NCBI GenBank assembly: GCA_964016885.1
Contig: OZ024755.1
Span: forward strand, 4,588,001-4,652,000
From: Eledone cirrhosa
Lineage: Eukaryota
Reading direction: 5' to 3'
Length of the DNA stretch: 64,000 nucleotides
Shown: positions 1 to 11,726 of the stretch, one piece after another
Position numbering within the stretch: position 1 is the stretch's first letter
Layout: each line of letters opens with the position of its first letter
Made by a program: the position numbers and the translations under genes
Notes under the pieces: model-generated
The model's database searches: none
The model's input: only the letters and a program-made list of their open reading frames with translations
What the model was told of the DNA's origin: nothing

Positions 1-235
1 AATTAGAAATAATTTGTGCCAGTAAAATTGTCAAAATACGATCGGATATATACAAAAGCAACAAGTACCCCTAACCCAGTCACGAATTTGGGGGGTTGTG
101 GCTGAATAAAACTTACTTCGTTAAAATCTCATTTATGTTGCAAAATAACCATTTTTAATCCCCCCAAAACAATGAAGTCTTGTGAATGTTTAAGAATCGC
201 TTTTTTTCATTGCGACCTACCGTAGACAGTTTCGG

Positions 236-311
236 TTCCGGCTTGTTGCTAACAACAGTGTTATATGTAAATAGTTAAGAGTTTACATATTGTAACCGTT
301 ACTATAGAAGA
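236..311 (+). promoter_or_regulatory. Putative GAS8 ciliary promoter with RFX X-box-like and forkhead sites
   Basis: GTTGCTAACAAC (245-256) and GTTACTATAGAAG (298-310) resemble RFX X-boxes. TGTAAATA (266-273) lies within the inverted repeat atatgtaaa/tttacatat (263-271, 282-290). All are 60-130 bp upstream of the ATG of a motile-cilia gene. Confidence 0.55.
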
Positions 312-370
312 ATCCATTTGATTTTTACCAGTCTTATCTCCTTTTCTTGAAAGAAGAATCGTAATACAAA

Positions 371-373
371 ATG
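371..373 (+). CDS. GAS8: GAS8 coding exon 1 (start codon only)
   Basis: aatacaaaATG|gtaatt. Supplies the Met missing from exon 2, which opens tag|CCA CCA AAG, and sits just downstream of X-box-like motifs. Confidence 0.75.
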
Positions 374-1434
374 GTAATTATCTTCTTAATTTTTAATTGG
401 TAATTTGAAGAGAGAGAAAATAAAAAAAAAAATGAAGAGAGAGAGAGTAAATGATTTCGAGTGATAGTTTCATAACTTTTATAAAGAAAACTAAATTCCT
501 GAAAATTCTCCTTTCTTTAACTCGATCATCTAAAAACGTTCTTTCTTTCCTAGTGGAGCATGTGTGATTTTTTCACAGTTGTATAAATAACATTAGAAAT
601 TGTTTATAATTCTTATAAACACAAATAATTGTTTCTATTTTTGGCGCAAGGCCAGCAATTAATCAGTGCATTACTGGTACTTTATTTTATCTACCCCGTA
701 AAGATGAAAGGCAAAGTTAACCTCGGCGGGATTTGAACTCAATAATAAATACAATTAATTATTGCTATAAACCTCATAAATATAATGCACAAAATTATAC
801 GACCAAAGTGAGAGAAACAAACAAACAAAAACAACCATCAATTCGACACCAAGTGCGTCAATTAGACACAATTCACACCACAAGGGCCAAACGGGAATTT
901 TTTAGGCAAGCCAACACGCCCACAGCATTATTGTGGGTGGTGACGAGGCTAAGGCGCTGAAAGAACCAAACTCCATCACGGGTATCACCTGACACCTCAG
1001 TAAGGTGAGCCACCAGCGATGACAAGAACTTCGCTGTCAGTGGCCCAACTTCACCGAACGTCTCCAACGACACAGGCTGAAAAAAATAGTTATTTGATAG
1101 ATCTCGATATTTATGGACTTTATTCCATTCGGCAACATCCATGATGTGGGAGGGAGCAAAAGAGTCATTGACTGTGACATCCCAGATGAGGCACCTACCT
1201 CTTACCCAGTGTCCCTGGGTAAGACCGTCTGGTCTTTCCTAGTCTTCCCAAAATCATTATATATATATATAAAATAATTGGTAAATTTGTAATTTAACTA
1301 CGATAATTAAGAAGGATTAATTGAACGTATATACACAGCCCAAAAAGTTACGTAATCCTTAAAACTAATTTGTATTTATATTTCGTCCCTACACAATTAC
1401 TTATAGGGTGGCTTAATTCCCTGATATATTCAAG

Positions 1435-1481
<47 letters not shown>

Positions 1482-1520
1482 ATAATAATAAATGTGAAGA
1501 CTAAAATCCAAAGAGGATAA

Positions 1521-1557
<37 letters not shown>

Positions 1558-1666
1558 TAAATATTTGCTCTAGGGTTCTTATATATTTGATATATATTTA
1601 TCCTAATATATATATTGTTATACTTGGGGAGGATCATGTAATAATATTGTCAGAAATAATAACAGA

Positions 1667-1701
<35 letters not shown>

Positions 1702-3985
1702 CAAACGTTAAAACGTTCCCTACTCTACCAAGCAATAAACTAATGTATTTCTTCATTGTATTGTGCCGTTTGCTTTGTTGTGTTTGTTATACTATATATA
1801 TATATATATATAGCATGTTGTAATCTCTATTAGTGGTGGTGGTGTTTGAGTTGTCAGGTAATGGTGGTCAGATGATAGTGGTGGTGGGTTCCAAGTAAAT
1901 GTTTCTTGAAATGTTTGTTTGCCAAAAAAAAATGTTAGAGGTGTAGATGTAATAATGTTACTTGAATTTACCTTTTGTCATACATACTGAACTTTCTTTG
2001 TTCAATGCTGATTGTCCAGGTGAGGAGACTTCAGTTCAAGTACTCATGCTTGTGTGCTGCAGGATATATTTGGTGGACAATTAAGTGAGCTTCTAGCAGT
2101 GAATTTGAACCCAAGACTTATAAATTAGTAGACTGAAACTATATCTACTTGGCTATTTCACTTCTACTTTTCCTAGCAGAGATGAAGGACATTTTATTAT
2201 AAATAAAGCTTGCTTTTACAATAAATAAATAAATAAAGCCGTTTTGTGAAGGTGTGTGGCCTAATGGTAAGGTTGTTGGACTTACAATCACAATGCCATG
2301 TGTTTGATTCTTGAACTGGGTTGTGTGTTGTGTTGTTGGACAAAACACTTCATTTCACATTGCTCCAATATACTCAGCTGAAAATGTGTACCAGCAATAG
2401 CTGGAAGTTTAACACTTGAATGGACTGATGTTCTGAGCAGGGGGTAATCCTATACTCCCAGTCTCTTAACACCATGGAAACTGGGATAAGTACTGGTTTG
2501 GTGAACCTCCGGGCTCGAGACAGACTTTAACCTTGCAATGGACAGGCATCCTGTCCAGGAGGGAGTCTTATACCATCAGTTGCTTAATGCCACAGAAACC
2601 AGGATAAACACCAGCCGTATGTGTCCCCTGGCTTGGAATAATGTTTAACCCTGCAATGGACTACCGTCCTCTCCAGGAGGGAGTCTTGACCTTTCAGTTG
2701 CTTAACACCACAGAAATCAGGATACACACCAGCCTGACGAACTTCCAGTCTCGAGACATTAATCTAATCAATCTAATATTTTAATATGTTAAAAATACTT
2801 CACGTAAAACTACAACAAAAGAAAGAACATATCCCTCTCTTAGTGTGTTTTTCCTATAAAGTGTAGTCGAACCCATGCAAGCATAGAAAAGTGAAGGTAA
2901 AAAAACAAAACTGTAATGCATTGTAAAATGGATACAAGTTAAGAATTTGGCCTATTTTCCCCTGCAGAATCAATATCAGTGGATCAATATCAACCTATTG
3001 ATATCACTCTATCATGAATCTATATATCAGTCTATGAGAATGTTGTTCAACAAATTAACAGTAAACAGAACAATACCTAATTGTGAGATTCTACAATTAG
3101 TACAATCTTTTAATATAATTACACCATTAGGACCTTGTAGTATACCGTTAGAGTAATTAGTTGGTAGATGAATGGTTTATAAGAATACAGAAACTCTCTC
3201 TTGTAGATAAATGGTTTGTAGATAAATGGTTTCTAAAAATACAAAACATCTCTCTCTTTCTCTAAAACATGCATTATTAATATATATATATGAAGCATTA
3301 ATTATATATATCTATCTATCTAAGGCGGGTAAAATTCCCGAGATCCATGGACGAGTTCTCTCCAGCGGTCTCTGTCCCTCATTATCGCTGCCATATCCCG
3401 CATCTCCAACAGACCAGTGTCTGTCCTTAGGGCATCAACATATGTTAACCTTGGTCTTCCTCTTCTAGTGTGTCCATGTAGGGGCTCCCAAAGGAGCACT
3501 GAGTGCAATGTCAACTCTGGATGTCGGTGAGCATGTCCAGCCAACCTCAGTCTCCTCTGTGTCACTTTTATATATATATACTAACATTGGTAAATGATAT
3601 ATATATATATATATACTAAGCATTAATTCATCATCATCATTTTACGTCCACTTTTCTCTTCTCCCTGCTTGCAAGGGTGGGATGGGTCCTATTCAGCACA
3701 GCATCTCTCCACTTGTCACGGTCCTTCGTCATCTCCTCCGTGAGCTTCAGCAATCTGAGGTCTGCTCTCACCACCTCCGCCTATGTTTTTCGTGGTCTTC
3801 CTCTACTGCTTCTTCCTTCTACTGGCATTTCTTGGTACTTCTTTATCCAGCTGTCATCTTCCATGTGCGTCACATGTCCATACCATCTCAGTCTTCTCTC
3901 CTGCACACTGCAACTTATCCCTCTTATACACAGTTTCTCTCTCAACACATCCATGCTCAGGCGTTCAAATACATTGACATATTAA

Positions 3986-4027
<42 letters not shown>

Positions 4028-7000
4028 TAACATTGGTAAATGATATATATATATATATATATATATACTAAGTGTTAATTATATAAATACTAACATTAAT
4101 TAGTTTTTCTTCTATTTATTTTGTTTTCAATTAGCCACCAAAGAGAGGTAAAAAGGGTAAGAAATCAGGGAAAGGACCTAAACCTCCTATCCTCATCGAC
4201 AATGTATCCACAGAGGAAATGACTAAAGAACAGGTAAGATTTCAAAACTCTTTATCATTGTTCATTGATGATTGATCTATTTAATCATTCTATGTCTATT
4301 TTTTATTGATTTTATTGAACTTCTAAACTCTGTAGACATGTCTTTACTTTGACATTTTTGTCAAACGTTGCTATAGAATAGATGACGTTTGAATTCTGAG
4401 TTTAGTTTAAGACATGTTTGGCTTTGAATGCCACTTGAAGAGGTCGTCTGAGCAATAAACGACTGCATGAGAATCTTCGTCCAGTATATGTGTGTGTGTG
4501 TGTGATTGTTCAGCATGGACCCTTAACTCAAAACTGAAAAGAAGATTAGATGGAGCCTACACTCACATGTTAAGAGTGGCTTTGAGTGTCACTTGGAGAG
4601 TTTGTCTGACCAATGAGCGACAGTATAGGAACCTTTGTGTGTGTGTGTGACAGCTCACACCTATGCAGGTTTAGCTGGCCTCCCCCAAGGTATATCTCGT
4701 TGGAGGTGTCTTGGGTAATTTAATGATAGGGACCCCAGTCCTATCATCTCATTTCTACAGCTGAGTAAACTGGAGCAACGTGAAATAAAGTGTCTTGCTC
4801 AAGGAAACAACACATCACCCGGTCCGAGAATTGAACTCACAACCTTTTGATTGCAAGCTCAATGCTCTAACCCCTAAGCCATGCGCCTTCACATAGGAAT
4901 CTTTGTCCAGTATCAGACATGATCAAAGAGTGTAGAGTCAGACTCAAAGGGAATGGAGAGCTTCTTGTTCTTCGTCTTCTTCCACTTATTCCTGAGAGGG
5001 CTGTTGGGGAAGAGTCCTCAAACACTCCCCCCAGCAGGTCCTGTCAGAAGCAACCATCTCCAACTGATCTGGCTGGATCCCCAAACAAGACCAGCCAAGC
5101 TTGTGGATGTTATCCAACCATTTTGCTTGGGGGTCTACCTCTGGGTCTCCTGCCAGTTGGTTTTGCCCAAGATAACTATTAACTTTAACCCTTTAGCATT
5201 TACATTACTCTATATATACTACTATATTTTCATGGTTAGAATGTCTTAGGAGAGAATCGCTGGACAGTTGATATTATCTATTTAGAGGACAATACCTTAT
5301 TGTAGGTATGAGTGGCTAATTGCAACCAGTTTGCACAGAAAGAGGTGAGAAAATTCTGGCTGGATACAGTCGGTTTAAATGCTAAAGGGTTAACTGAGAA
5401 ATAAATATTAAAATGTTTTATGTTGTAGCTTGAAGAGCATGTGGTTCGGATGAGAGAGCAGCTTGATCGGGAGAGAAAAGAACGAAACTTCCACCAGCTG
5501 GAGCGTGACCGTGTTCACACTTTTTGGGACATTACCCAGCAAAAGTTGTCAGAACTTCAAGCGCAACTACGTAACAAAGATAGGGAAATGGAAGAAGCGG
5601 AAGAAAGACATCAAATTGAAATTAAGGTAAAGTAATCTGTCTCACTTTCATTCTTCTAAAGACTGATGAAATTAAAGTGGTAAAGTTAATACGAAGCATT
5701 GTGAGATATGTAATATATGACTGATAAATTTCAGAAAGCTGGTATATTGTGGTAGATATATATAAAGGGCAAAGGATGACAAACAAAACAAAACAAAGTA
5801 ATGTTTTACCCAGTATATTTCAACATGATATTTCAGGGTTAATACCCTCTTTTCAAATGTAAAAATAAATTAAAGTAGTATTGTTAATATGAAGCATTGT
5901 GAGATATGTAATATATGGCTTAGTTTCAGGAAGCTGGTACAATGTGGTAGAAATATATATGGTGGTGGTGGTGATAATGGTTATGATAATAATGATGGTG
6001 AAGATGGTGATGATGAGAAGGAAGAGGAGGATGTCTATTAATATGTTACTCTCTTTCTCTCTGTTCATCATCATCATTGTTTAACGTCCATCTTCCACAC
6101 TAGTATGGGTTAGACGGTTTTGTTCCATTGGATGCGGGAATGATCGGAAGACCATGTCTCGCTTGCACGGAAGCGTCTCTGGCAGGTTTTTTTTACAGCT
6201 GGAATCCCTTCCTAACATCAACCACATTTACAGTGTGGACTGGGAGCCTTTTCACCGTGTCTCCTACACGGCCACCTTACAGTGGGGACTGTTGTGTCAT
6301 CGACACAGTGGACGGAATGGGAGAGGGAGGATGGGGTAGGGTGTGGCAATGGGGTGTACATTGAGTTAACAGGTGCCTACTGACTGTAGGTTTGTATGCA
6401 ATGGTAGTCGGGTCTTCTGTACAATTGGATGGCGCCAAAGATCTTGATCTAGTATTGTTTGTTTTATTTTGTCTAACACAGGTGTACAAGCAGAAAGTAA
6501 AACACTTGATGTATGAACACCAGAACAATATTGCACAGTTAAAGGCTGAAGGTGCTGTATCACTGAAATTGGCACAGGAGACCAATTATAGTAACGAACA
6601 GCAGTTGCGCAAAGATAAACGGAACCTCAAAGTAGAACTGAAAGAAATGGAACTCTCTCATGAAGACATGGTTAAAACTCTGCAGAAGGTAATATTTAAC
6701 GCTTTAGCATTTAAACTCTTCATATCCGGCCAAAATTCTCACCAATTTTTCTATTCAAACTAGCCACTTATACTGATGTTAAGGTATTGTTCTCAAAATA
6801 AATAACATCAAAATCTCATAGATTCGATATATTATGTGAAACAATTATGTGAGATAAAGCCTCTACCGTGAAAATACAATAGTATTTATAGAGTAATGTA
6901 AATGTTATGTGAGATAAAGCCTTTACTGTGAAAATACAATAGTATTTATAGAGTAATGTAAATGTTAAAGGATTAATCTCGCAATAACTGGTCAAAATTC

Positions 7001-10000
7001 TCGCCATTTTTTCTGTTCAAACCAGCCGTATTTTACTGACTCCTGAAAGATAAATGTAAGGTTGACACTGGCAAGATTTAAATTCAGAACAGTATGGTGC
7101 CAAACTAGATACACTGAATTGATCAAATATCTAGATTGGTTTTTAAACAAGATGTTTCTTTACTTATATAATTTAGTTAATGTCTTGATTTAACTTGAAG
7201 TAAATTATCACATAATTAAAGTAAAATAAAGTTATAAAACTATGACAGTTCTATGAAAATAATTCTTTCTAATTTTCTATTCCAGAAAAATAGTGAAGAA
7301 ATCACAGACTTACAGGCTGAATTCGAACGCCGGGCAATGGAAATTGAAAAAAAATATGATAAGAAAATGGAAGCTCTGCGTGATGAATTGGAACTGAAAC
7401 GTAAAGTTGAGATTCATGAAATTGAAGAACGCAAAAACAGTCAAATTATTACCCTGATGAAGAACCATGAAAAAGCATTTAGTGATATTAAGAATTACTA
7501 CAATGATATTACACTAAATAACCTTGCTTTGATTAATACACTCAAGGTAAAAACACAGTTTAATTAATTTCACCCTCATTAATACTTTCAATATCTCAAA
7601 ATATTCCCCATAATCTTAACACATCAACATCATGACCACAGTTGAACTTTTCTGACAAAGTCTCTCTGCAATTCATGATTTTCCATTGCTCCTTACTGGT
7701 TTCCTGTGAGTCGGTTTCATACATTATAAAATAAATAGGATGGGTTGGGGTTTCAATATGTAAACTAAATGACTAATTCTGGTTTTCAAAATATATCAAC
7801 AGAGACAATCTAGACAAAATGACCCTGCTTATTCCACCCTTACCCCCTATTATTTTGGACACAAGAGTATCTGTGGTACACTGGTACAGAAACCAAAATG
7901 AAAGCTATCTATGTTTTTCTTTATTCAATGAAACCATTTGATATTTTTCTCATCTTAAACTCTACAAGAGTCTTTTTTTCATTAGTTTCACCAATAGTTA
8001 TATTTATATTATTTAAAACCTCATGAAATCTTACATATTGGTGCTATGTAACTCCAGTTAGTACTTACTGCTCAAGCAGACATTTAACAAACAAAAACAC
8101 ACACAAGGCAGGAGTTATGTAAAGGATTAACATTTTCAAATTAAATATTAATAACTTCTGTAACAAAACCAGAAAAGTAATGGCAATCTATGTTTCAGGA
8201 ACAAGTAGAAGACATGAAAAAGAAAGAAGAACGCCTTGAAAAGCAGATGGCTGATTTAATTACAGAAAATAAACGTTTAACTGAGCCTTTACAACGAGCC
8301 CGAGAAGAAGTTGAAGAACTGCGGAAAGCTCTTGCTAACTATGAAAAAGATAAACAATGTCTGAAGGTAGATATAATGCCGACAGTCTAAATTTTATTTC
8401 TTATTTTTAAAATGTATTCAAGAAAAGATAAACAAGATATTTGCTAGATATGGTGGGTTGTACCATTACAGTACACTGGAATCTTGAGTCGTGAACTTAA
8501 GGACGTTATCTGAAAGGTTCATAAACTGAAACAATTTTTCCCATACAAAATGTTGAGAGAGAGAGACTGTGTGAAAGACAGATAGATATCACCATAGTAA
8601 CTAACTACACAGTGACACTTTCCTGCCGATTCTACAAGGTTGTTGCCAGCTTGAGACACTGTTTGTCAATCGAGATTTTTTATGTTCGGAAAAATTATTC
8701 ATTAACCGATTTGTATGAGCAAGAAACGGTCACCTAAACTGACTTATCTCACAACAGAACATCTTGTCTAACCAATGCTAGTGTGGAAAAATAGATGTTA
8801 AATGGTGATGATGATGGGGATTATTTATATATGTACACGAGTAAACATACACATACAAATATATTTTTACATTTTCCTTTCTTTTCAGATGACGAAAGCC
8901 AGATTAAAAGTGACCATAGAAGAATTAAAAGCATTACAATGGGAACATGAGGTCCTTGAGCAACGATTTGAAAAGGTTTCGACTTTATATCCACTCTCTT
9001 TTATTTCTTTGATGCTAGGGTAAAGGGTTAAGACCCCCTTCAGTTGCAAATGACCATAAGATTTGCACCTGGAAAGTTCTTTCCTGAGGCACAAGTCCAG
9101 GCAAGGTTGTTTGTTGAAGACTCACCCATGAATACCAGTCTTCTCTCCTCTCCACCAATGGTGTACAAACCATATATAATTAATTCTGAAGTAAAAGAAT
9201 GAGCAGTTATAAATATTTTAACAGTTTTAGCCTTATAGTATTTAAACCAGCCATAATTGGCCACTCACACCAATGTTAAGATATTGTTCTCAAAAAAAAT
9301 GATCTCAAAGATTTGATATTATGTGAGATAAAATCTTTACTGTGAAAATACTATAGTAAATATATAGAGAGTAATGTAAATGCTAAAGGGTTAAAGATTG
9401 TTGGTTTTTTTCTTTATTCTCTAGATTCAGGAAGAGAGAGATGAATTATATAACCAGTTTGTGAAATCTATTCATGAAGTGCAACAGAAAAGTAACTTCA
9501 AGAATCTTCTCTTGGAGAAAAAGATGCTCACACTTACAGAATTGCTTGAACAGAAAGAAGGTCAACTCAACGAAGTTCTCTCTTGCTCTAACCTTGATCC
9601 CTCGGCTCTCAACATGATCACACATAAACTTGAAGTAAGTACGACGTTTCAGAGCCTAACAGTAAATATTTTAATGGATCTTTGTTGACTCTAAGGCTGA
9701 CCTTGTCTTGCTCATACGGGAACTGATTTTGGCTTGATTTCTACAACTGGACACCCTTCCTAACACCAACCTCATTTACAGTGTGGTCTGGGTGCTTTTT
9801 TGTCATGACACCTCCACGACCACTTTGCAGTGGGAGGGGATGGGGGCATATTGCCTATATGCTTCGGCTTCGGCTTGTTCCCGTGGGAAGTCGGGTGTGT
9901 GTGTATGTATGTACCACTGCTGTTTGACAGGTTTGCTTTTCATCCTGCAGGGTGTCCTAAAAGGGCAGAGGAACTTTTTTTGTGGGGGACAGTGAAATGG

Positions 10001-10922
10001 CTGGTCATATGCAAAAGCCTAGCAGGACTGCTGCTCATCCTTAAGTAACAAGTGATAGCATTACTCAAAATCGATTTGCAGCTATCATGCATGCCTTCTT
10101 GAAAAGTATTAAACAGCTCTATGACATCACATTAAAAGTTGAAGCCTTTCCAACTACAAAATACTGCAAATTTTTACAATAATCTTTCCACTAATAAAGT
10201 TACTATAAATATTTAAATTAACAACCCCCCCCCCTTTTTTTTTAGATATATTGAGCTAAACTATTGCAGGATGTTAAAAGTTAAATATAGTAAACAGTTA
10301 TTATACAGTATATATTTTCCTTTACAGGAAGTTTTGATGTCAAAAAATACTGCAATTAAAGACCTTCAATTTGAACTGGCCAGAGTTTGTAAGGTAACGT
10401 GGTTCATCTGTCTCTTCTTTTACCATATTTCTATATCTACTCTGCACCATCACACATATTGAGTCCATGGATGTATATATATATGTACTCTCATGTCTTG
10501 AAGAATCGTTCACCAACCCCCCAACCCCCATAATTTTAGTTCACATTAAAAAAAACATTATAATATGACAAAAAAAAAGAAATCCCATATTTACGAATGT
10601 ATACTATATAATTACCGATTTGCCAACCCCGTTTATTCCAACCACCCTGCTTATAAGAACACAAGCAAATGTCTACCCCCCTATTATTTGGAAGCACTTA
10701 TATATGTATATAGTATGTATATGTATGTATATATAAATATAATAATATGTATACATATCTTTCTCTTTCTAGGCTCACAACGATCTTTTGCAGACATATG
10801 AAGCTAAACTTCAAACTTTTGGAATCCCCAAAGAAGAACTTGGTTTTAAGCCACTTGAATCGTCAGTGCCAGAACATATTCTTGGTAAGGGACCAGCTGG
10901 TCTGGTCTCAGCTAAAGTATAA
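371..10922 (+). CDS. GAS8: Dynein regulatory complex subunit 4 (GAS8/DRC4), complete spliced gene, 482 aa
   Basis: join(371-373,4135-4233,5429-5626,6482-6688,7286-7546,8199-8366,8889-8975,9425-9634,10328-10393,10773-10922). All introns are GT-AG and phase 0, and the frame is open throughout. Protein [14 protein letters not shown]...[16 protein letters not shown]...[15 protein letters not shown]...[25 protein letters not shown]...[26 protein letters not shown] matches the GAS8 family as I recall it. Confidence 0.96.
873..1245 (-). mobile_element. CRE-clade non-LTR retrotransposon 3' fragment (restriction-like endonuclease region)
   Basis: Translation [25 protein letters not shown]...KY..L...[12 protein letters not shown]...FFQRLSL...N, with a frameshift. 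Confidence 0.75.
3320..3565 (-). mobile_element. RTE-group LINE 3' fragment
   Basis: [14 protein letters not shown]...RRGRPRLTY...DRDRWR. A shorter copy lies at about 62038-62125. Confidence 0.8.
3630..3980 (-). mobile_element. RTE LINE 3' fragment with (GAT)n tail
   Basis: Minus frame [18 protein letters not shown]...GRPRKT...DRDKWR. Confidence 0.8.
4135..4233 (+). CDS. GAS8: GAS8 coding exon 2
   Basis: ttag|[33 protein letters not shown]|gtaaga, 99 nt; not in the ORF track. Confidence 0.93.
4645..4892 (-). mobile_element. tRNA-derived SINE family 2 copy
   Basis: Reverse complement of 32398-32638. Confidence 0.82.
4955..5180 (-). mobile_element. RTE LINE 3' fragment with GAA-rich tail
   Basis: Homologous to 33325-33742 ([11 protein letters not shown]...DR..W). 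Confidence 0.7.
5189..5389. mobile_element. piggyBac-type MITE
   Basis: TTAA|CCCTTTAGCATTTA...TAAATGCTAAAGGG|TTAA: terminal inverted repeats with TTAA duplication. Confidence 0.8.
5429..5626 (+). CDS. GAS8: GAS8 coding exon 3
   Basis: gtag|[21 protein letters not shown]...HQIEIK|gtaaag, 198 nt. Confidence 0.96.
6482..6688 (+). CDS. GAS8: GAS8 coding exon 4
   Basis: acag|[16 protein letters not shown]...VKTLQK|gtaata, 207 nt. Confidence 0.96.
6700..6972. mobile_element. piggyBac-type MITE with a 60-bp internal duplication
   Basis: Same family, degenerate TIRs, TTAA flanks. Confidence 0.7.
7286..7546 (+). CDS. GAS8: GAS8 coding exon 5
   Basis: ccag|[10 protein letters not shown]...[10 protein letters not shown]|gtaaaa, 261 nt. 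Confidence 0.96.
8199..8366 (+). CDS. GAS8: GAS8 coding exon 6
   Basis: tcag|[11 protein letters not shown]...YEKDKQCLK|gtagat, 168 nt. Confidence 0.95.
8889..8975 (+). CDS. GAS8: GAS8 coding exon 7
   Basis: tcag|[29 protein letters not shown]|gtttcg, 87 nt. Confidence 0.94.
9231..9390. mobile_element. piggyBac-type MITE
   Basis: Same family; right TIR aaatgctaaaggg|ttaa. Confidence 0.7.
9425..9634 (+). CDS. GAS8: GAS8 coding exon 8
   Basis: ctag|[33 protein letters not shown]...THKLE|gtaagt, 210 nt. Confidence 0.95.
10328..10393 (+). CDS. GAS8: GAS8 coding exon 9
   Basis: acag|[22 protein letters not shown]|gtaacg, 66 nt. Confidence 0.95.
10773..10922 (+). CDS. GAS8: GAS8 coding exon 10 (last)
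   Basis: ctag|[49 protein letters not shown] ending TAA at 10920-10922. AATAAA motifs follow at about 11010 and 11065-11110. Confidence 0.95.
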   Translation, partial: AHNDLLQTYEAKLQTFGIPKEELGFKPLESSVPEHILGKGPAGLVSAKV

Positions 10923-11671
10923 CACCTTTCACGACTTTCCCTCATCTTTACCATTCCCTTCATTGCTTCAACATTTTATGTCTTTCTTTGAACCAGAGAA
11001 ATGCTAAGAAATAAAAAAAAAATGGACAGTTTGAAATTTTGAAAATTGAAATGTAATGTAAATGAAATAAAATAAAAATGAAATAAAATAAAATAAAATA
11101 AAATAAAATAAAATATTATATGAAATAATCTAAAGATTTATACACATCTTTGGAGTCACAATCGTCATTTTGACATGGGTTGAACGGGTTGTCAAAGTCT
11201 GAGATAAAACAGGCCACAGTGACCAATGTTGCTTGTTAAAGTCAATATTCAGCACCGTTTCTATAGCTGGAAGTTCTTCCTTACACTAACCACCGTGTTG
11301 GGTGCTCTTTCTAACACCAACCACTTTATATTGTGTACTGGGTACTCTTCATAACACCAACCACCTGACATGGTGTGTTGGGTGCTGAGTGCTCTTTCTA
11401 ACACCAACCACCCTGTGTTGGGTGCTCTTCATAACACCAACCACCATACGTTGTGTGTTGTGTTACTGGGTGATCTTCCTATCACCAACCACCCTACTTT
11501 GGGTATTGGGTGCTCACCTAACAAAAACAACCAAAAATGGATAAACAACCAAAAGACTTTCAGCAGCAACAAGTCAAGATATTTCTTCAAATATTTTCTT
11601 TATTTTCTTATAAAATTCCTTATTAATCTATCAACACAAATACATAAAATAAAACATATCAAGCGTGTAAA

Positions 11672-11726
11672 TCACAGTTTATCTCTGTCTTTTGGTTCAT
11701 TTGGTTTCTTGTATCGTTTTCCTGGC
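11672..11726 (-). CDS. MRPL42: MRPL42 coding exon 6 (last)
   Basis: ccag|(K)PGKRYKKPNEPKDRDKL* ending TGA. Minus-strand AATAAA at 11599-11604. Confidence 0.92.
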
